Part shown: positions 12,456 through 24,959 of the stretch, in pieces
How the letters are laid out: every line of letters starts with the position of its first letter
Numbering within the stretch: position 1 is the stretch's first letter
Source of the DNA: Vicugna vicugna
Taxonomy: Eukaryota
Length of the DNA stretch: 64,000 nucleotides
NCBI GenBank assembly: GCA_013265495.1
Contig: MU058718.1
Location: 930,001-994,000 of the forward strand
Reading direction: 5' to 3'
Program-made: the position numbers and the translations under genes
The notes under the pieces: generated by a model
The model's input: the letters and a program-made list of their open reading frames with translations, nothing else
Databases searched by the model: none
Told to the model about the DNA's origin: nothing

Positions 12456-13583
12456 TGCTCCTGCAAAGGCCCTACCTATGGGCCGATGGAGGGGAAGAAC
12501 CTCAGGCTTCAGCAGGGATGGTGTGTTTGTGGCTATGGTAATGGGACAGTCAATAAAGACAGACCATTTCAAGATGGTTTCAAGGTCCATTGCCCTGCAG
12601 CTCTCATTGGTCCTTCCCACATTTCCTGCTGCTATTTCCCCTTTTCCTTTTCATTTAGTCCCATGGCTTCTGGTTTTCCACTAGATAAACTGGACCAGAA
12701 CACAGTACATGTCAAAACTGGAATTCCTTGTCTTTTTGCCCAAACCTGTTTCTTTGCCTGTGACCTGTGTCCTGCAGAGGTGTACCTCCATCTACCAGGC
12801 ACTCCAGCCTGAAAACTGGGACTTGTCTTCAACACTTACCACATCCTTATATTCCCCCCTGTGTTGATGACAGAGCTTGGTCTGGAGCCAACTCCTAATC
12901 ATAGGAAATTCTCCTCTCTGTTCCCAGTTGCCATCAGACTGTTGCATTAGTCTTTCTCTCCTTCTTTCATCCATTTGATGATTTCATTACAGAAAAATCA
13001 TGCAACTCATTTAAAAACAGGAGTAAAAGACAGTTTAAACTTCTCCGAGTGTACCCTTTCATTCAAAAAACAGGAGTAAAACACAGTGTAAACTTCTCTG
13101 AGTGTTTTGAAAACATGTTAATATTCTATATGTTCAAAAAGTGAAATAAAATCAGCAATGATGGGAAGTAAAAAAGCATCCTGAAACTGGAAGAAAACTG
13201 AAGCAAATGACCCCAGCTGTATTTTAAATAAGTAACATTACTCCAATGAATGGAGAAAAAAAGAAAGAAAGAAAGAAAGAAACGGATTGAAGTAATTTAT
13301 GAACCCAGTACTGGACTATATACATACAGTCTTGGCAGAGTGGGGAGGTGGAGAGAACCACAAACAAGTCTTGAACTCTTACTAGTAGGTTTGTTTTTGG
13401 GAGAAGCCCTTCTGAAACTCTTTTAGATATACTATAGGGTTGAGTGATGAGTAAATTAGTTCATGTTGGGGGGAACAATGGTTCTTCCTATGGAATAGGA
13501 GAGGAACAAATGTGGAACGGGAAAGTCAAGAAAAGAGCACTGTGGGGATGGATTTGAATTTGAGGCATTGGTATGGACTCAGA

Positions 13584-13585
<2 letters not shown>

Positions 13586-13618
<33 letters not shown>
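13586..13618. repeat. (TG)16 microsatellite
   Basis: Pure TG run. Confidence 0.95.
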
Positions 13619-13619
<1 letters not shown>

Positions 13620-13847
13620 CTGTATGGATATCTGTATGTATATTTCCTAGCTTTGTCCACTGAAAAGGCCAAAAAGCAATGACTCATCTGTAGCAATGAG
13701 CACACCTAGTACACAGATCTGGGTCTCTAATGCCATTCCCCAATAAAAGGAACTAGGGATTCTTGGAGAAATGGTTGATTCCTGAGGTAGGGAACGTACA
13801 AGATGAGCTTGGTATATCTTGTTGTGCTACAAAGTTGGAAAGTGCTA

Positions 13848-13879
13848 AAAACAAACAAACAAACAAACAAACAAACAAA
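13848..13879. repeat. (AAAC)n microsatellite
   Basis: AAAC repeated about 8 times inside the L1. Confidence 0.9.
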
Positions 13880-15519
13880 TCAAATGGAGTATATCACTAG
13901 GACACACAGAAGTCAGTTTAAAGGGATTTCCAGTGGTCAAATCAGAGATAATCTGAGCACTAACATTAAAGTCAGTGAATGAATTATAAAGCATTGAAGG
14001 AAAAGGAATCCATGAGTCCATATTGATAATAAGGAAGTAAGTACTAAAGAAAACTACAGAGGAGAAGGGAGTGCTCTTGCTTATAAGGGGATGTCAGGTA
14101 CCTACTGGTAATTGTGGAAGGAGTGCTAAAGTTGAAAATTCATTATTTTTGCCTAATCTAAAAATGTTTCCCCTCAAATTCCTTCTTAATAGCAAAATAA
14201 AGCATAACAACTATCCCTAGAATGGAGAAATTGAAAACACTTTGGCTGAAGGTCAAAATTAATATCACAAATGAGGGATGGAAGGACATCATGGACCCAG
14301 ATGTGATACTCTGAGAAGGCCACAGTATCATTCATGTCTCATCCCTGCTAGAAATGCATATACTAAATCTGATCAGTAGGGAACATCAGATAACCCCAAA
14401 TGAACAACATTCTATTAAATGGAAGTGGGGAGGAGACTGTTATTGAAAAATGTCCATGTTATAAAAGGCAAAGGCTGAGGAACTGGTCCAGATTAAAGGG
14501 GGCTAAAGACACATCACAACTAAATATGGTATGTGGTCCTGCACTAGATCCTGTACTGGAGGGGGACATACTGTAGGTGACAGTTTTGAAATAACTGACA
14601 AAATTGGAATTAGGGTAGAAGAGTAAATTATTGCCCAAATGTTAATTTGCTGAAATTGATAACTGTACTGTAGCCGCAGGAGAGAATACGTATTTCTATT
14701 TTGAGGAAGTATATCCTAAGGTGTTCAGGGGTAAATGGCTCTGATGTATGTAACGTATTCTCAGATGGTTCAGAAAAATAAGTTTATGCATATACATACA
14801 CATATACATATGTCCATACTTTTTAAAAGAGCAAGAGTGAGAAAGCAAATGATAAAGCAAACAGGGCAAAATATTAACAGTAAGTGACTCTGAGTAAAGT
14901 ATATATAGGTGTACTTTATATTATGCTTGTGGCTTTTTTTTTTTGATGGTTACTCTCAACAAACATAGCATTTTTTGAATAATCAGGGAACAATAATATT
15001 CTTGCAAAATATTCTTATATGAGGATTCAAGTCAGATCGGAGTATTAAAAAATCTCTTATACTTTTTTTTGGTTTTTTAATTTCAATGAATTTAATGAAT
15101 TTCATCAAATCATTTAACATCTTTATTCAAATTACAGTCAATTCTTATTTCATTTTATTAAATACTTTATTTCCTACTTCCATTGGCAAAAAAAAAAAAA
15201 AAACTATCTGCTAGTTGCCAGGCCAATTAGATTTTATATGCTTGCAGCTTCAAGTTTGACATTATTTCAGAAAAAATTTATTTAAGAATTTAAGCAATAT
15301 GAACTCTCAAATGTGCTGTTCTGTATGTCAAATTTTAACACTCAGGACACCACCACTTCACAAACTCATATTCTCATCGAATGCAGCACAGTTATTTTAT
15401 TTTTAATACAGTGAGTATGCACTAAGAACATAAGAAATTTGTTTTATAAATTGAGATCACACTTAATGTTTCATAGTAAAATGGTTACCTCTTCTAAAAA
15501 CAGGTTGAAGACCACAGAT

Positions 15520-15960
15520 GGATAGGCTAAAAAACCCAAATTCCTTGTAAGGCATCCAAAGTCCTTATGACTCATCTCTGACTTACTCCCCACACCCTCA
15601 GCCTCACCTGTGTCACTCAGCTTTTTGTACCTTCCCTCCAGCCACTCTCACAGTGCCTTCTCCCCACTTCCATTGCATTTCTGTGGGTCTTTGTGCACAG
15701 TATTTCCTCTGCACTCCCTTCCCCCACCACACTTATAAGCCTGGTGAATGTGTTCTCAACCATAAAGGCATCTCTCCTATAAAGCCTCCTCAGAGGAACC
15801 AACTCTAGCCCAGGCAGAGGGGATCGCCCCTGCTTGGGGCTATCTCTGTATCTTGCGTGTGCCAGTATCACAGCAATTACCACAGTGTTGTAATTATTTA
15901 TTTCCTTCTCTGTCATCTCTGAAATATCGCTTGACAGCAGGGACCAGGTGGATTTCGGTT
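15520..15960 (+). mobile_element. L2 LINE 3' region
   Basis: AAACCCAAATTCCTT..AAGGCATCCAAAGTCCTTATGA; CTTTGTGCACAGTATTTCCTCTGC; GCTTGACAGCAGGGACCAGGT. Confidence 0.7.
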
Positions 15961-17886
15961 TTACTCAGGTACATGTAGAGGGGAGTGCAGTATAGTGGGG
16001 TCAGTGGTTGCTGGAGCTGGCTTGCACCTGCTGGGCTAGGTTCAGGATGGCATGTCTGCCCTAATCCGCATTCAGTGACCTCAGGGCAGTAGCTTGAAGC
16101 TGGTCAGGGTGGGAGCATTTACACCACAGAAACGTGTACCACTTCCTAGAAACAGCAGGGAAAAGTCCTTTTCTTTCTGGTGCTAAAGTGGTCAACATAT
16201 GAATCTGGAAGTTGCCAGGGTTGTGTTTTCTGGAAAACCCAGTCTGAGAAGATGTTGCTGATGCAAGGAGAGAAGCACAGGAGTGAGACATAAAAGCAAA
16301 GCACTTGAGCATTTCCTCTGTCCCTAAGGCTGGGTCCACACTTGCCCCATGATTCAGTCAGGTGAGCTAATCAATCCCCACCTTCCTCTGCTTTTTCTGT
16401 GTTTCTGTAGATCAAGTTTCATTTCCATCATTTGCACCAAGCAGGGATCAACGGAATCCCCAATTGTCTTAAGAAATTTGAGAGCGGAAATAGTTGCATA
16501 TATTTTATTATTTCACCTGGCACCTAATGCTGTCCTAGGCACATAGAAGATGCTCAGTAAATCCTCTGATCTACCTTATGGAACATCCAGGTGGCCTGAG
16601 CACGTGGCCTGGCTGAGTCTGCTTGTATTTGTTACCCCGTGGAATCCATCTTTTGGTGTGTTGCAGTTCTTAAGTTGCATTTGCTTCATATTGCAACAAC
16701 CAGCCCATTTTATCCTACTGACATCCATAGAGAACATAGTTTCTGAACCCCAAATCAAGATGCATGAATAGACAGGAAGCAGTTTAAAAGACATGGTTTA
16801 GAAGCTGAAATTGTGACATTCCTGGTATATTTTGCTTGTTTATGGGGACAGTTAACTCAGGGATAGCCACATGTATTATATGTTTATTTAAAAATTTGTT
16901 CTAAGGATAGTTTTTAAGGATTTCACAGCACCACTGGGGTAGATGTTCCCAAACAGGAGTGGAAACCAGAGGCACCCAGAACATAGGTGATGCCTCTGAA
17001 TCAGATACCCAACAAACCGTTACCTCTTAACATCCATGCCATAAAAAAATGGCATAGTTTAGTTCCAAAGTTCTATTTTAGATTTGGTTTCTCAGTGACT
17101 TTAAACCTTAAAATAGAAGTGTACCAAGCAGACACCTCATTTTTCAATATAGAATTAAGTTCTGCCTGATAACGGATGGATACTTTCCACATTAATGTAA
17201 AATGTGAGCATGCATTGTGAGATAGTGTAATGCGCTCCAGGAACCGACGGTGATATATTTAGATACTGATTAGAAGTAAAACTGATACATCATTCCTTAT
17301 AATGTACATGAATAGTACCAGTGCATAACAGTGCCTCTTGGGGCTGAGGTCATTTATTTTTCCTCCTGGATATATTGTTTATATCATGTTCTCTCCCTCA
17401 TGTTATATATTAAGTTGTTTAATGTAAGCCATAAGAGAGCAAATGTCACTAAAGGTCTCCCCTCCTCACCCTTAAAATCTGAAGAATCAAATCTTCTAAA
17501 ACAGGTGATCTGTCAGTTTTCATTCCTGAATGTCATTGGTACGTACAGCTTTTCTTATCAGTTCATTTCACATTCCCAAATCGAATGACTACTAATCTAC
17601 AACATCTGAGAAGAAAGACTAGGGGCTTCTTGACTTTCATGCAGGCTACTTTCTGGGTCTCAAATGTGTATCCACAATAATGAAAGCATCTCTGAAGTTA
17701 CTAGGAAAGTCAATTCGTTATTAGAAAGTTTTCTAAGAGGTGAAGACCGTTTAAAGGCAAGTGGGTAATAAATACTATGATTATTTTTGGAAAATATCTT
17801 TGTGTGTATCTGTGTGTGAACAGTGGTATAAGAGTAAAGCAACCATATTTCTTGGAAAATAGCATGATCCAAAATTAAGCTGTTCT

Positions 17887-18181
17887 GAACCAGAAATAGA
17901 CTGATGGACATAGGAAACAAATTGTGGTTATCAGAGGGGAAAGGGGGGAAGGGATAGATTAGGAGTATGGGATTAACAGATGCACATTACTATATACAAA
18001 ATAGATAAACAACAAGGACCTGTTGTATAGCACAGGGAACTATATTCAATTTCTTGTAATGAGCCATAATGGAAAAGAAACTGAAAAAAATATATGTATG
18101 TATATATATAACTGAACTAACATTGTAAATCGATTACACTTCAAAAAAACTAAGAGTGAAAAACAAAAACAATAATAAAAC
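17887..18181 (+). mobile_element. 5'-truncated artiodactyl-type L1 3' end
   Basis: CAGAAATAGACT..AAACAAATTGTGGTTATCAGAGGGGAAAGG..TATATACAAAATAGATAAACAACAAGGACCT..ATAGCACAGGGAACTATATTCAA..ACTTCAAAAAAA; diverged TSD AAAATTAAGCTGTTCT (17871) / AAAATGAAGCTAATCT (18182). Confidence 0.9.
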
Positions 18182-18339
18182 AAAATGAAGCTAATCTATT
18201 ATCCAAAGCACCTTTTCAATGTAGAACTAAAACAATAATTATTACCATTGTTGAGGCTTACAGTGTGTCAGGCATTGTGCAGGAACTTCATATATACCAT
18301 CTCACTTACTCTGCACCGAAAAATCTAGTGTGAGGTGGT

Positions 18340-19550
18340 TTCCAGATCCAGTCCATCAGCACATCTTGTTGTCTCTGCCTTCAGAGTATCTTCTGCATCT
18401 GTTTCCTCACACATCTCCTGCCACTGACTAGTCTAAGTCATTCTCTCTTGCCTGGATTATTGTAAAAGCCTCCTAATCAGTCTCTCCGCTTCCCTCTGGT
18501 CTCTGTGGAATTCATCAGTGCTGTTCATCCAGTTTTGCATCTTGCAGGCATATGCTAGGATTGTACTCTCCTCCTGGCTTTGAAGTTAGATATGGTCAAA
18601 CGATTTGCATTGGAGAATGAAATATGAGTGGAAGTGATGCATGTCACTTCCAGGCTGATGTTGTAGAGCCCGAGCACGAGTCACCACACTCCCTTTTCCC
18701 TCAGTCATGGTCGTCTGCAGTGGTTCAAATAGAGGCTGCTCCATCCTTGGGTCCCAGGATGAGAGGTGGCACAGAGCCCAGTGAACTTACAGTGGGCATG
18801 AAGTATGAGTGAGAAGTAACTTTAGATCCTTTAAAGCACAAAAATTTTGTGGTGGTTGACTACCTTCATTGTTTCATAGGTTTAGGGAAACTGAGGCCTA
18901 GGGACTTGATTCTTGTGGAAAAGATTGTCAGATCACAACAGGGAAAGATGACATCACCTATCTTGATGGACTCACTCCCCTTGTACTCTTGTCTTCAGAC
19001 AGCAGCTGCAACCATCCTGTCAAATAACCATCAGTTTATGCTGCTCAGAACTTCTGATGGCTCTTCGTCAACACAGAACGAGACCCAAAGTGCTCTTTCA
19101 GGCCCTTTATGAACTGGCTCTCTCTTTGACTCATTTTCTGCTACTATCTCCTTCACTCCTTTTCCTTAAGCCACACTTGTCTCCTTGCTGTCACTTGACT
19201 GTTCTGCAAATGTTCCTGCCTCAGGGCTGTTGCACCTGCACTTTGCATCTGCCTGGGTGGCTTTTACTCAGATATTGTAAGCCTCCTTCCTCACTTCATA
19301 ATGGCCTTTGTTCACATAGTCCCTCCTCAAAGAGGCCTCCCGGACCGTGTTATCTGAAATAGGACGCCACGACTCTCTACCTTGTTACCCTGCTTTATTT
19401 TTCATTGTATCACTGCCTGACATTATAGTTTCTGTTTCTTTGTCTCTTGTCTGTGTTGAGGAATTTTTGCCCATTTTGTCCACTGCTTGAGACTACTGCA
19501 TAGGTATTGGCCCACTCCAGGCACTCAGTAAATATTTGCTGAATAACTGT
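18340..19550 (+). mobile_element. L2 LINE 3' region, split by an MLT1 LTR
   Basis: TCTCTTGCCTGGATTATTGTAA..CCTCCTAATCAGTCTC, resuming ~18975 with CAGCAGC..ATCCTGTCAAA..TTCCTGCCTCAGGGC..CAGGCACTCAGTAAATATTTGCTGAATAA. Confidence 0.85.
18503..18975 (+). mobile_element. MLT1J-like MaLR solo LTR
   Basis: GAAGTTAGATATGGTC...AATGAAATATGAGTGGAAGTGATGCATGTCACTTCC...GGCTGCTCCATCCTTGGGTCCC...GAGTGAGAAGTAACTTT. Confidence 0.75.
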
Positions 19551-20334
19551 GAACTCTACACATTCAGAAAAGTGAAGTAACTAGCCCAAGGTCACACAGG
19601 CAGTTAGTAAGGGAGCTGTGGTTAAGCTTTGGTCTCTGGCTTCCACTTGCTCATAAAGTGGACTCTTGTCCCCACAGCACCCTGTATATTCCATTAGCAA
19701 GCATGAGCACTGGCCTTGGGCTCATCTGGCCACGCACTTTCTCTGGTTTTCATTTATGAGCCCTGAGGTTAGGATGAATGGTTTTGAAAAGTTACACTCT
19801 TCGTTGTGGTTCATTTGTCATGTGGGTTGTAATCTGTTTTCTAGCTGCATCCCTACAGCCTGCTCTCATTGTGCTATAGGAGACCTGTCATACAGTAAGT
19901 AACCAATCACGGTGATCCCAAAGTCGCAACTTGCCTTTAAAATGAAAGGTTGCTGCACTTATCCTTGAAAATGCACGTATCTGCTGTTTTGGGAATTCAC
20001 CTTGAACACCAAAGGGATGCAGCATTTTGAAGAGCCCTGAGTCTCTGAGGCTGGGAGGCGCCCATAGGCTGGGCCAGGCTGGACTAGGGTGATGTGCTTG
20101 GTTCCTGCCACCCATTCCCCATGTAGCCTCAAAGCCCCACTGGACCTGGGCATACCCTGCTCACACAGTAGACCTAGGGAGTGGAGATGCTAATGAAGCC
20201 AGCGCCTGATGGAGATAGGTTTGTCCATAAATGTAAGACTTGCCCAGATGATCAGCTGGTGGCTTGTGAAGATTTTTATGGAGTCACAGACATTTGGAAG
20301 AGGAAGCACTTTGAAGTTCATCAGATCAGCATCC

Positions 20335-20500
20335 TCAGAGCATGGTCCATGGACCGCCTGCACTAGATTCACCAGTGGTGAGTTGAAAATGGAATATTCC
20401 AGGTGCCACTTCAACACTACTGAGTCAGAGTGGAGCGCAGGAATCCACGATTGAACCAGATCTCCAGGTGTTTCTTATGAACAGTCAACTTTGGGACTAG
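20335..20500. mobile_element. MER5-type hAT element inside a MIR3-like SINE
   Basis: ATGGTCCATGGACC.CCTGCA..AGATTCACC...CTACTGAGTCAGA...CTCCAGGTGTTTCTTATG..CAACTTTGGGA. Confidence 0.65.
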
Positions 20501-22414
20501 CTCAACCTTCTTATTTTATAGGTTTAGAGAAATTGAGGCCTTGGGATTGGATTCTTGTGGAAATGTTTATGGCAAATTGCAACAAGGAAAGGTGAAAGTA
20601 ATTTTCGGGAACAATAAAAATTTGAGTCACCATTCATCTCTCTCTCTCTCTCTTTTTTTTTTTTTTTTGGAAAGAATCACCTTAATAAAAACATATAAAC
20701 AGAAAAACACAGGTCTGTATAAGGAGCATGTGGCAAGTAGAGGTTTTCTGTAATATTCTTTGAAGCTGGTTTTCAGATGCTCTGCACAGCCCATTCCAGA
20801 GCCTTTGACTCTCGTCTGAAACAAAGGCCTCCCATGAATTTGGCTCTTGTGTTTACCGGCAGGCCTCAGGCTTTGAGGAGTTAGCAGCTGGAGAAAGTGA
20901 GAGGAATAGTGAGGAATTGGAGAAGGAAAAGAAAAATGAGTCAAACCTCAGCAGATTATTCATAAAAATAAATACTATGAAGAGCTTTTTCAGAGGCCCT
21001 GATTACATTAGGCAAGGGAATAAATGGAGCGTACATTCGAGAAGCCAGTGTATCTATGTGAACTACCTAATTTTTTTCCCCCACTGATGTGAAGTAAGGC
21101 TACAGACCTATCAATCAGCTCAGGAATGACTAATTATTGGAGAACAGAAGATTCTCTGTAGTTTATCCTTTGTATCAATACATGAAAAAAAATCCCTAGA
21201 ATTTTGTGGTCAAACGTGGCTTTAAGTGAACAGATAAGAGCCCCAGTAAATGGAGGCACTCCTCCATTCCTAAGGGGAGTTGGTGAACTGCCCACATCAT
21301 TTGCTGATAAAGGCCCATCTGTTAAAACAAAGTAGAGTTACACTGGTAATACATTTCAGCCAGAGACCGTAAGTGGTTATTTTTTTCTTGACAGTCTTGT
21401 TGGCCTTTTTTTTTTTTTTAATCCCAGGAAACTATTTGAGAATGAAATATAGATGATGATATTGGCCTTAAGTTACTGTTACGTTTTTTTGCTAGGAGAG
21501 AGAAAAACCCTTCGGTACAAGTTCACTGGTAAACACCGTTGTGTGATAAATCGTTAAGAGAATAAAGTCATTGGGAAAACTCAGCTCCGCAAATGACACA
21601 CGTAGAAAAACAGCAGATGTCTGATGAAGTAAAGAACCGACTTACTGCCAAGACCTTGAAAAACAAAATTAATTTCCTTTCGTCTTTGATAATGATGATG
21701 TAATGTAGTTAATAGGAAGAGCCTGCCATGCTCAAGTAGTTATAAAAGGAGAAACGTTCGCCAGGCACCGGGTCAGAATTGTCGGTTTTACTTGCTGTTA
21801 CTCACCACGTTGGTCACTGGATGAGGCGAGAGAAAGAAGCAGGGAACTTGTTTTGGTTGTTTGCGATGCCCGTGGGCTTGGACTCTATTTGTATTTTAAG
21901 GAGGTATTTCACAAAGCGGGGGAAAAAGCTAAATCAGAGTTTCACCTCTGACAATGGTTTCAGATATTTGAAGACTTCGAAAATCATTGTTGGCCAAAAA
22001 GATACTCACTCCACAAAAATTAAAGTCTTATTTCACAGAATAATTAAATTTCTGTCTGGAGGAGAATACTTGGTTTTTAGGTCAAGAGGCACATGGCTGG
22101 TGTCCTTTTCCATACACATGAAATTTTAAAGCACGCACTAAAGAAAATTATCTATTACTCAAGCGATCAATAATTTCTAGGTGGATCTCCTTTCAGGAAG
22201 ATCTAAAAATAATCAACACTAAAGCTTATTTTAGGGAACATCCAATGGTTGCTGGCATCTTGAGTTTCAGAATGTAGAGGCTGCTGAGTTTTCTGGTCCC
22301 GATAAACTTGGTGTAAAATGAACATTGTGGCAGGCAGCCTCACTGGTCTCAACATCAGAATTGGCCCCAATCGACAGCATACCTAAATTTGTTTTGTTTG
22401 CTCTGAACTGCATG

Positions 22415-22592
22415 TCTTTTTTTTTTTAATTGAAGTATAGTCGATTTACAATGTTGTGTTAATTTCTGTTATACATAGGTATAATTCAGTTATACATAGG
22501 TATATATTCCTTTTTGTATTCTTTTTTGTTATAGGCCATTACAAGGTATTGAATCTAGTTCCCTTTGCTGTACAGTAGGACCTTGTTGTTTA
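22415..22592 (-). mobile_element. 5'-truncated young L1 3' end
   Basis: poly-T + TTAATTGAAGTATAGTCGATTTACAATGTTGTG...CTGTACAGTAGGACCTTGTTG; exact 11-bp TSD TGAACTGCATG at 22404-22414 and 22593-22603. Confidence 0.9.
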
Positions 22593-22747
22593 TGAACTGC
22601 ATGCTATATGAACAATCTCTTGGTGAAGTTACTCTGAGTCTCAGAAAAGGAGATGTGCCTCTTATGACAGCTGGTGGCCAGAGGGTCAGAGCATCAGCCA
22701 TTAGAAGTACCATTCGAAGGGGTTGATGAAGTGTCCCCTTCTCTCTG

Positions 22748-22795
22748 GTGCATTCCCTGGGAAGTGTGTGCATTCCCTGGAAAGTGTGTGCATTC
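22748..22795. repeat. 20-bp tandem repeat, about 2.4 copies
   Basis: GTGCATTCCCTGGGAAGTGT / GTGCATTCCCTGGAAAGTGT / GTGCATTC. Confidence 0.9.
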
Positions 22796-23304
22796 GGGGT
22801 TGAGAGCATGCATGTGTGTACCTCAGGGTCCCTCTTTCAGCGGCTCCACCAGCAGGAAATCTGCAGACAGGTCAGCATTCCTGACCTGGGCGCTGTTACC
22901 TCAATGTGAAGGCTAGAATTTTGAACTTCTTCTGGGTATTTTGAGGCCAGTCATTATCTCTCTTCTCTGGGGGAGGTTCTCCTCCCTTGAAAAAAGAACT
23001 TTGAAGAACTAATGGATGGGTCTTTTCCAAATCCATGATAGTTTATGTTGAAATCTGGGAGAGATGCAAGCTTTATCTGTTTTGTCTGTTCTTTTCCTTT
23101 TATTTTCTCTTTTCTGCTTCTAGACCATTTATATTGGAAACACATTTAAAAGGTCCTTTGTTTATTATTTTTTCTTTTTTCCACTTAATTCATCTGGTAT
23201 AAATTTGGGTTATCTAGGAGGGAAACCTGACAATATACCTGTTGGCCTAAACTCCTCGGCTATCGTGAGAAACTGCCTGGCCCATGATGTAATAGCAAAT
23301 GAAA

Positions 23305-23645
23305 GCAGTGATAATGACAGGAACCACTTATCGAGCATGGTATTGTAAGAGTGCTACTCTTTTGTACTGTCTTGTCAAATTGTGACTATCTTGTCATAGC
23401 AAAAAGACAAATAAGGTACTATGAATAACCCATTTTACAGATGAGGTAACTGAGGCTTGGAGAAGTTCATTAGTTTGCCTAAGATCACAGAAACTGTTCT
23501 GGGCCAAAACTGGGATTCCAAGGCCTTTACTTTTTTTTTTTTTAAATTGAAGTGCAGTCAGTTACAATGTGTCAATTTCTGGTGTATAGCACAATGTCCC
23601 AGTCATCCAAGGTCTTTACTCTTAACCAGCAGGCCATACTACTTC
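23305..23645 (-). mobile_element. MIR SINE (interrupted by an L1 fragment)
   Basis: CCCATTTTACAGATGAGGTAACTGAGGCTTGGAGAAGTT..TTTGCCTAAGATCACA. Confidence 0.85.
23532..23605 (-). mobile_element. Very short young L1 3' end
   Basis: poly-T + AATTGAAGTGCAGTCAGTTACAATGTGTCAATTTCTGGTG; TSD TCCAAGG(C/T)CTTTACT at 23517-23531 and 23606-23620. Confidence 0.9.
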
Positions 23646-24959
23646 CCAATACTCTACAATATTGTATTTTCTTTGCTTTTTTTTTTTCTTTACCCATTAT
23701 CCCCAGTTACCCAGGAGTGGAGAGATGTCTGATGACTTGGATACTTGCTATGCTAAACTGGCCTGTGAGAGAAGATCTGCACATACCCAGGCTCTCCCTG
23801 TTGTGAAAAGGTTCTTACTATTGAGTCATTTGTTTAATACACCATGGAGGCTGCCAAAAGTGCCCTTTTAGAAAGATGGGTCAGGCTTTGGAAACGTCTT
23901 CCTCCCTATAATGTAACAAGTTTGAAAGCTGTTGCTTTTTTGGTTGAACTGGGCAATTTGGATATGTCTTCAAAACCTTCCATCTGTTGCTATTTCAGCT
24001 GGGGGATTTTTAGCTCAGTAGTCAAACCCCAGAATAGATGGAAAGAGAGCTTGCTAAGCAGAGTTGTAAATCTTAAACACTTGCATTTTCGTACAAAGTC
24101 AAGCAGAAAGGAGTAAGAACTTGGACGCTCATCTTATGGTGCTGGTAAACTTTCTGTAGAAATTAGGGGGGGCTTGTTAAAAGGCAGGTGGAAGGGGCAA
24201 GAGCTTAATAGGTAGATATTCTTGTGATGATTTTCAGGAAAGAAGGAAAAAAAAAAAGCCTCAGAGAGAACGGCCTACATGATGAACAGCTTAAGAAAGA
24301 AAAGTCAGGTATCAGAATAAAAGAATAGTAACGGTCTGAGCTTTGGAAGAGAGTAAATTATTTCCTTCTCTATTTTTCTCTGAAATGTTATCTTAATGTT
24401 TTTATGACTTTGAGTGGTGTTGATTCTGAGATAGCTATTGTTTTAGAAAAATTAGGAATTGTAAACTTCTGTATACATTTTACTCTTAGGAACATAAGTT
24501 TTTCAGCGCTGCACATTACTTTTGGTAGAAATTTACCAGTAAAGAAGATGGAATTCGGCTTACATCTTCTGTAAATGTAAGATGTTTGTCATTTAGAACA
24601 AAGAGCAGGAGTTTCTACAGATGCTGAACTTTGAATAATCTGCTTTCTTTCCTTGGAGTTGATGGGAGCAGTACTTGAAAACCCAGAGAAACTCATGAAC
24701 TACCTGAAGTAGTTGCCCTCCTGTCTTGCAAAGAAGCCCTTGTCTGGTCTACAATGTGGTGCAATGTGTCTGAGCAAGTGATTACTGAAGTAACAAAGGA
24801 AAGATGAGGAGACAGGGCCAAGTCTTCCAGGTAGGAAAGGGATGGAAACTGTGACTATAAATCCCATGACACAAATGCTTGAACACCTTGCAAGGACATC
24901 ACATGCTTGTGCACCATGATTCTCTTTACCATATTGGTGTTTTGGCTTCTCAAAAACAA

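Larger units (their letters stand above)
13106..15290 (+). mobile_element. L1MD-like LINE 3' region (interrupted at 14936-15236)
   Basis: GCAATGAGCACACCTAGTACACAGATC..TCTCTAATGCCATTCCCCAATAAAAGGAACTAGGG; CAGATTAAAGG..CTAAAGACAC; TCAGATGGTTCAGAAAAA; terminus CTTGC..CTT/CAAGTTTGACATTATTTCAGAAAAA at 15241-15276. Confidence 0.85.
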
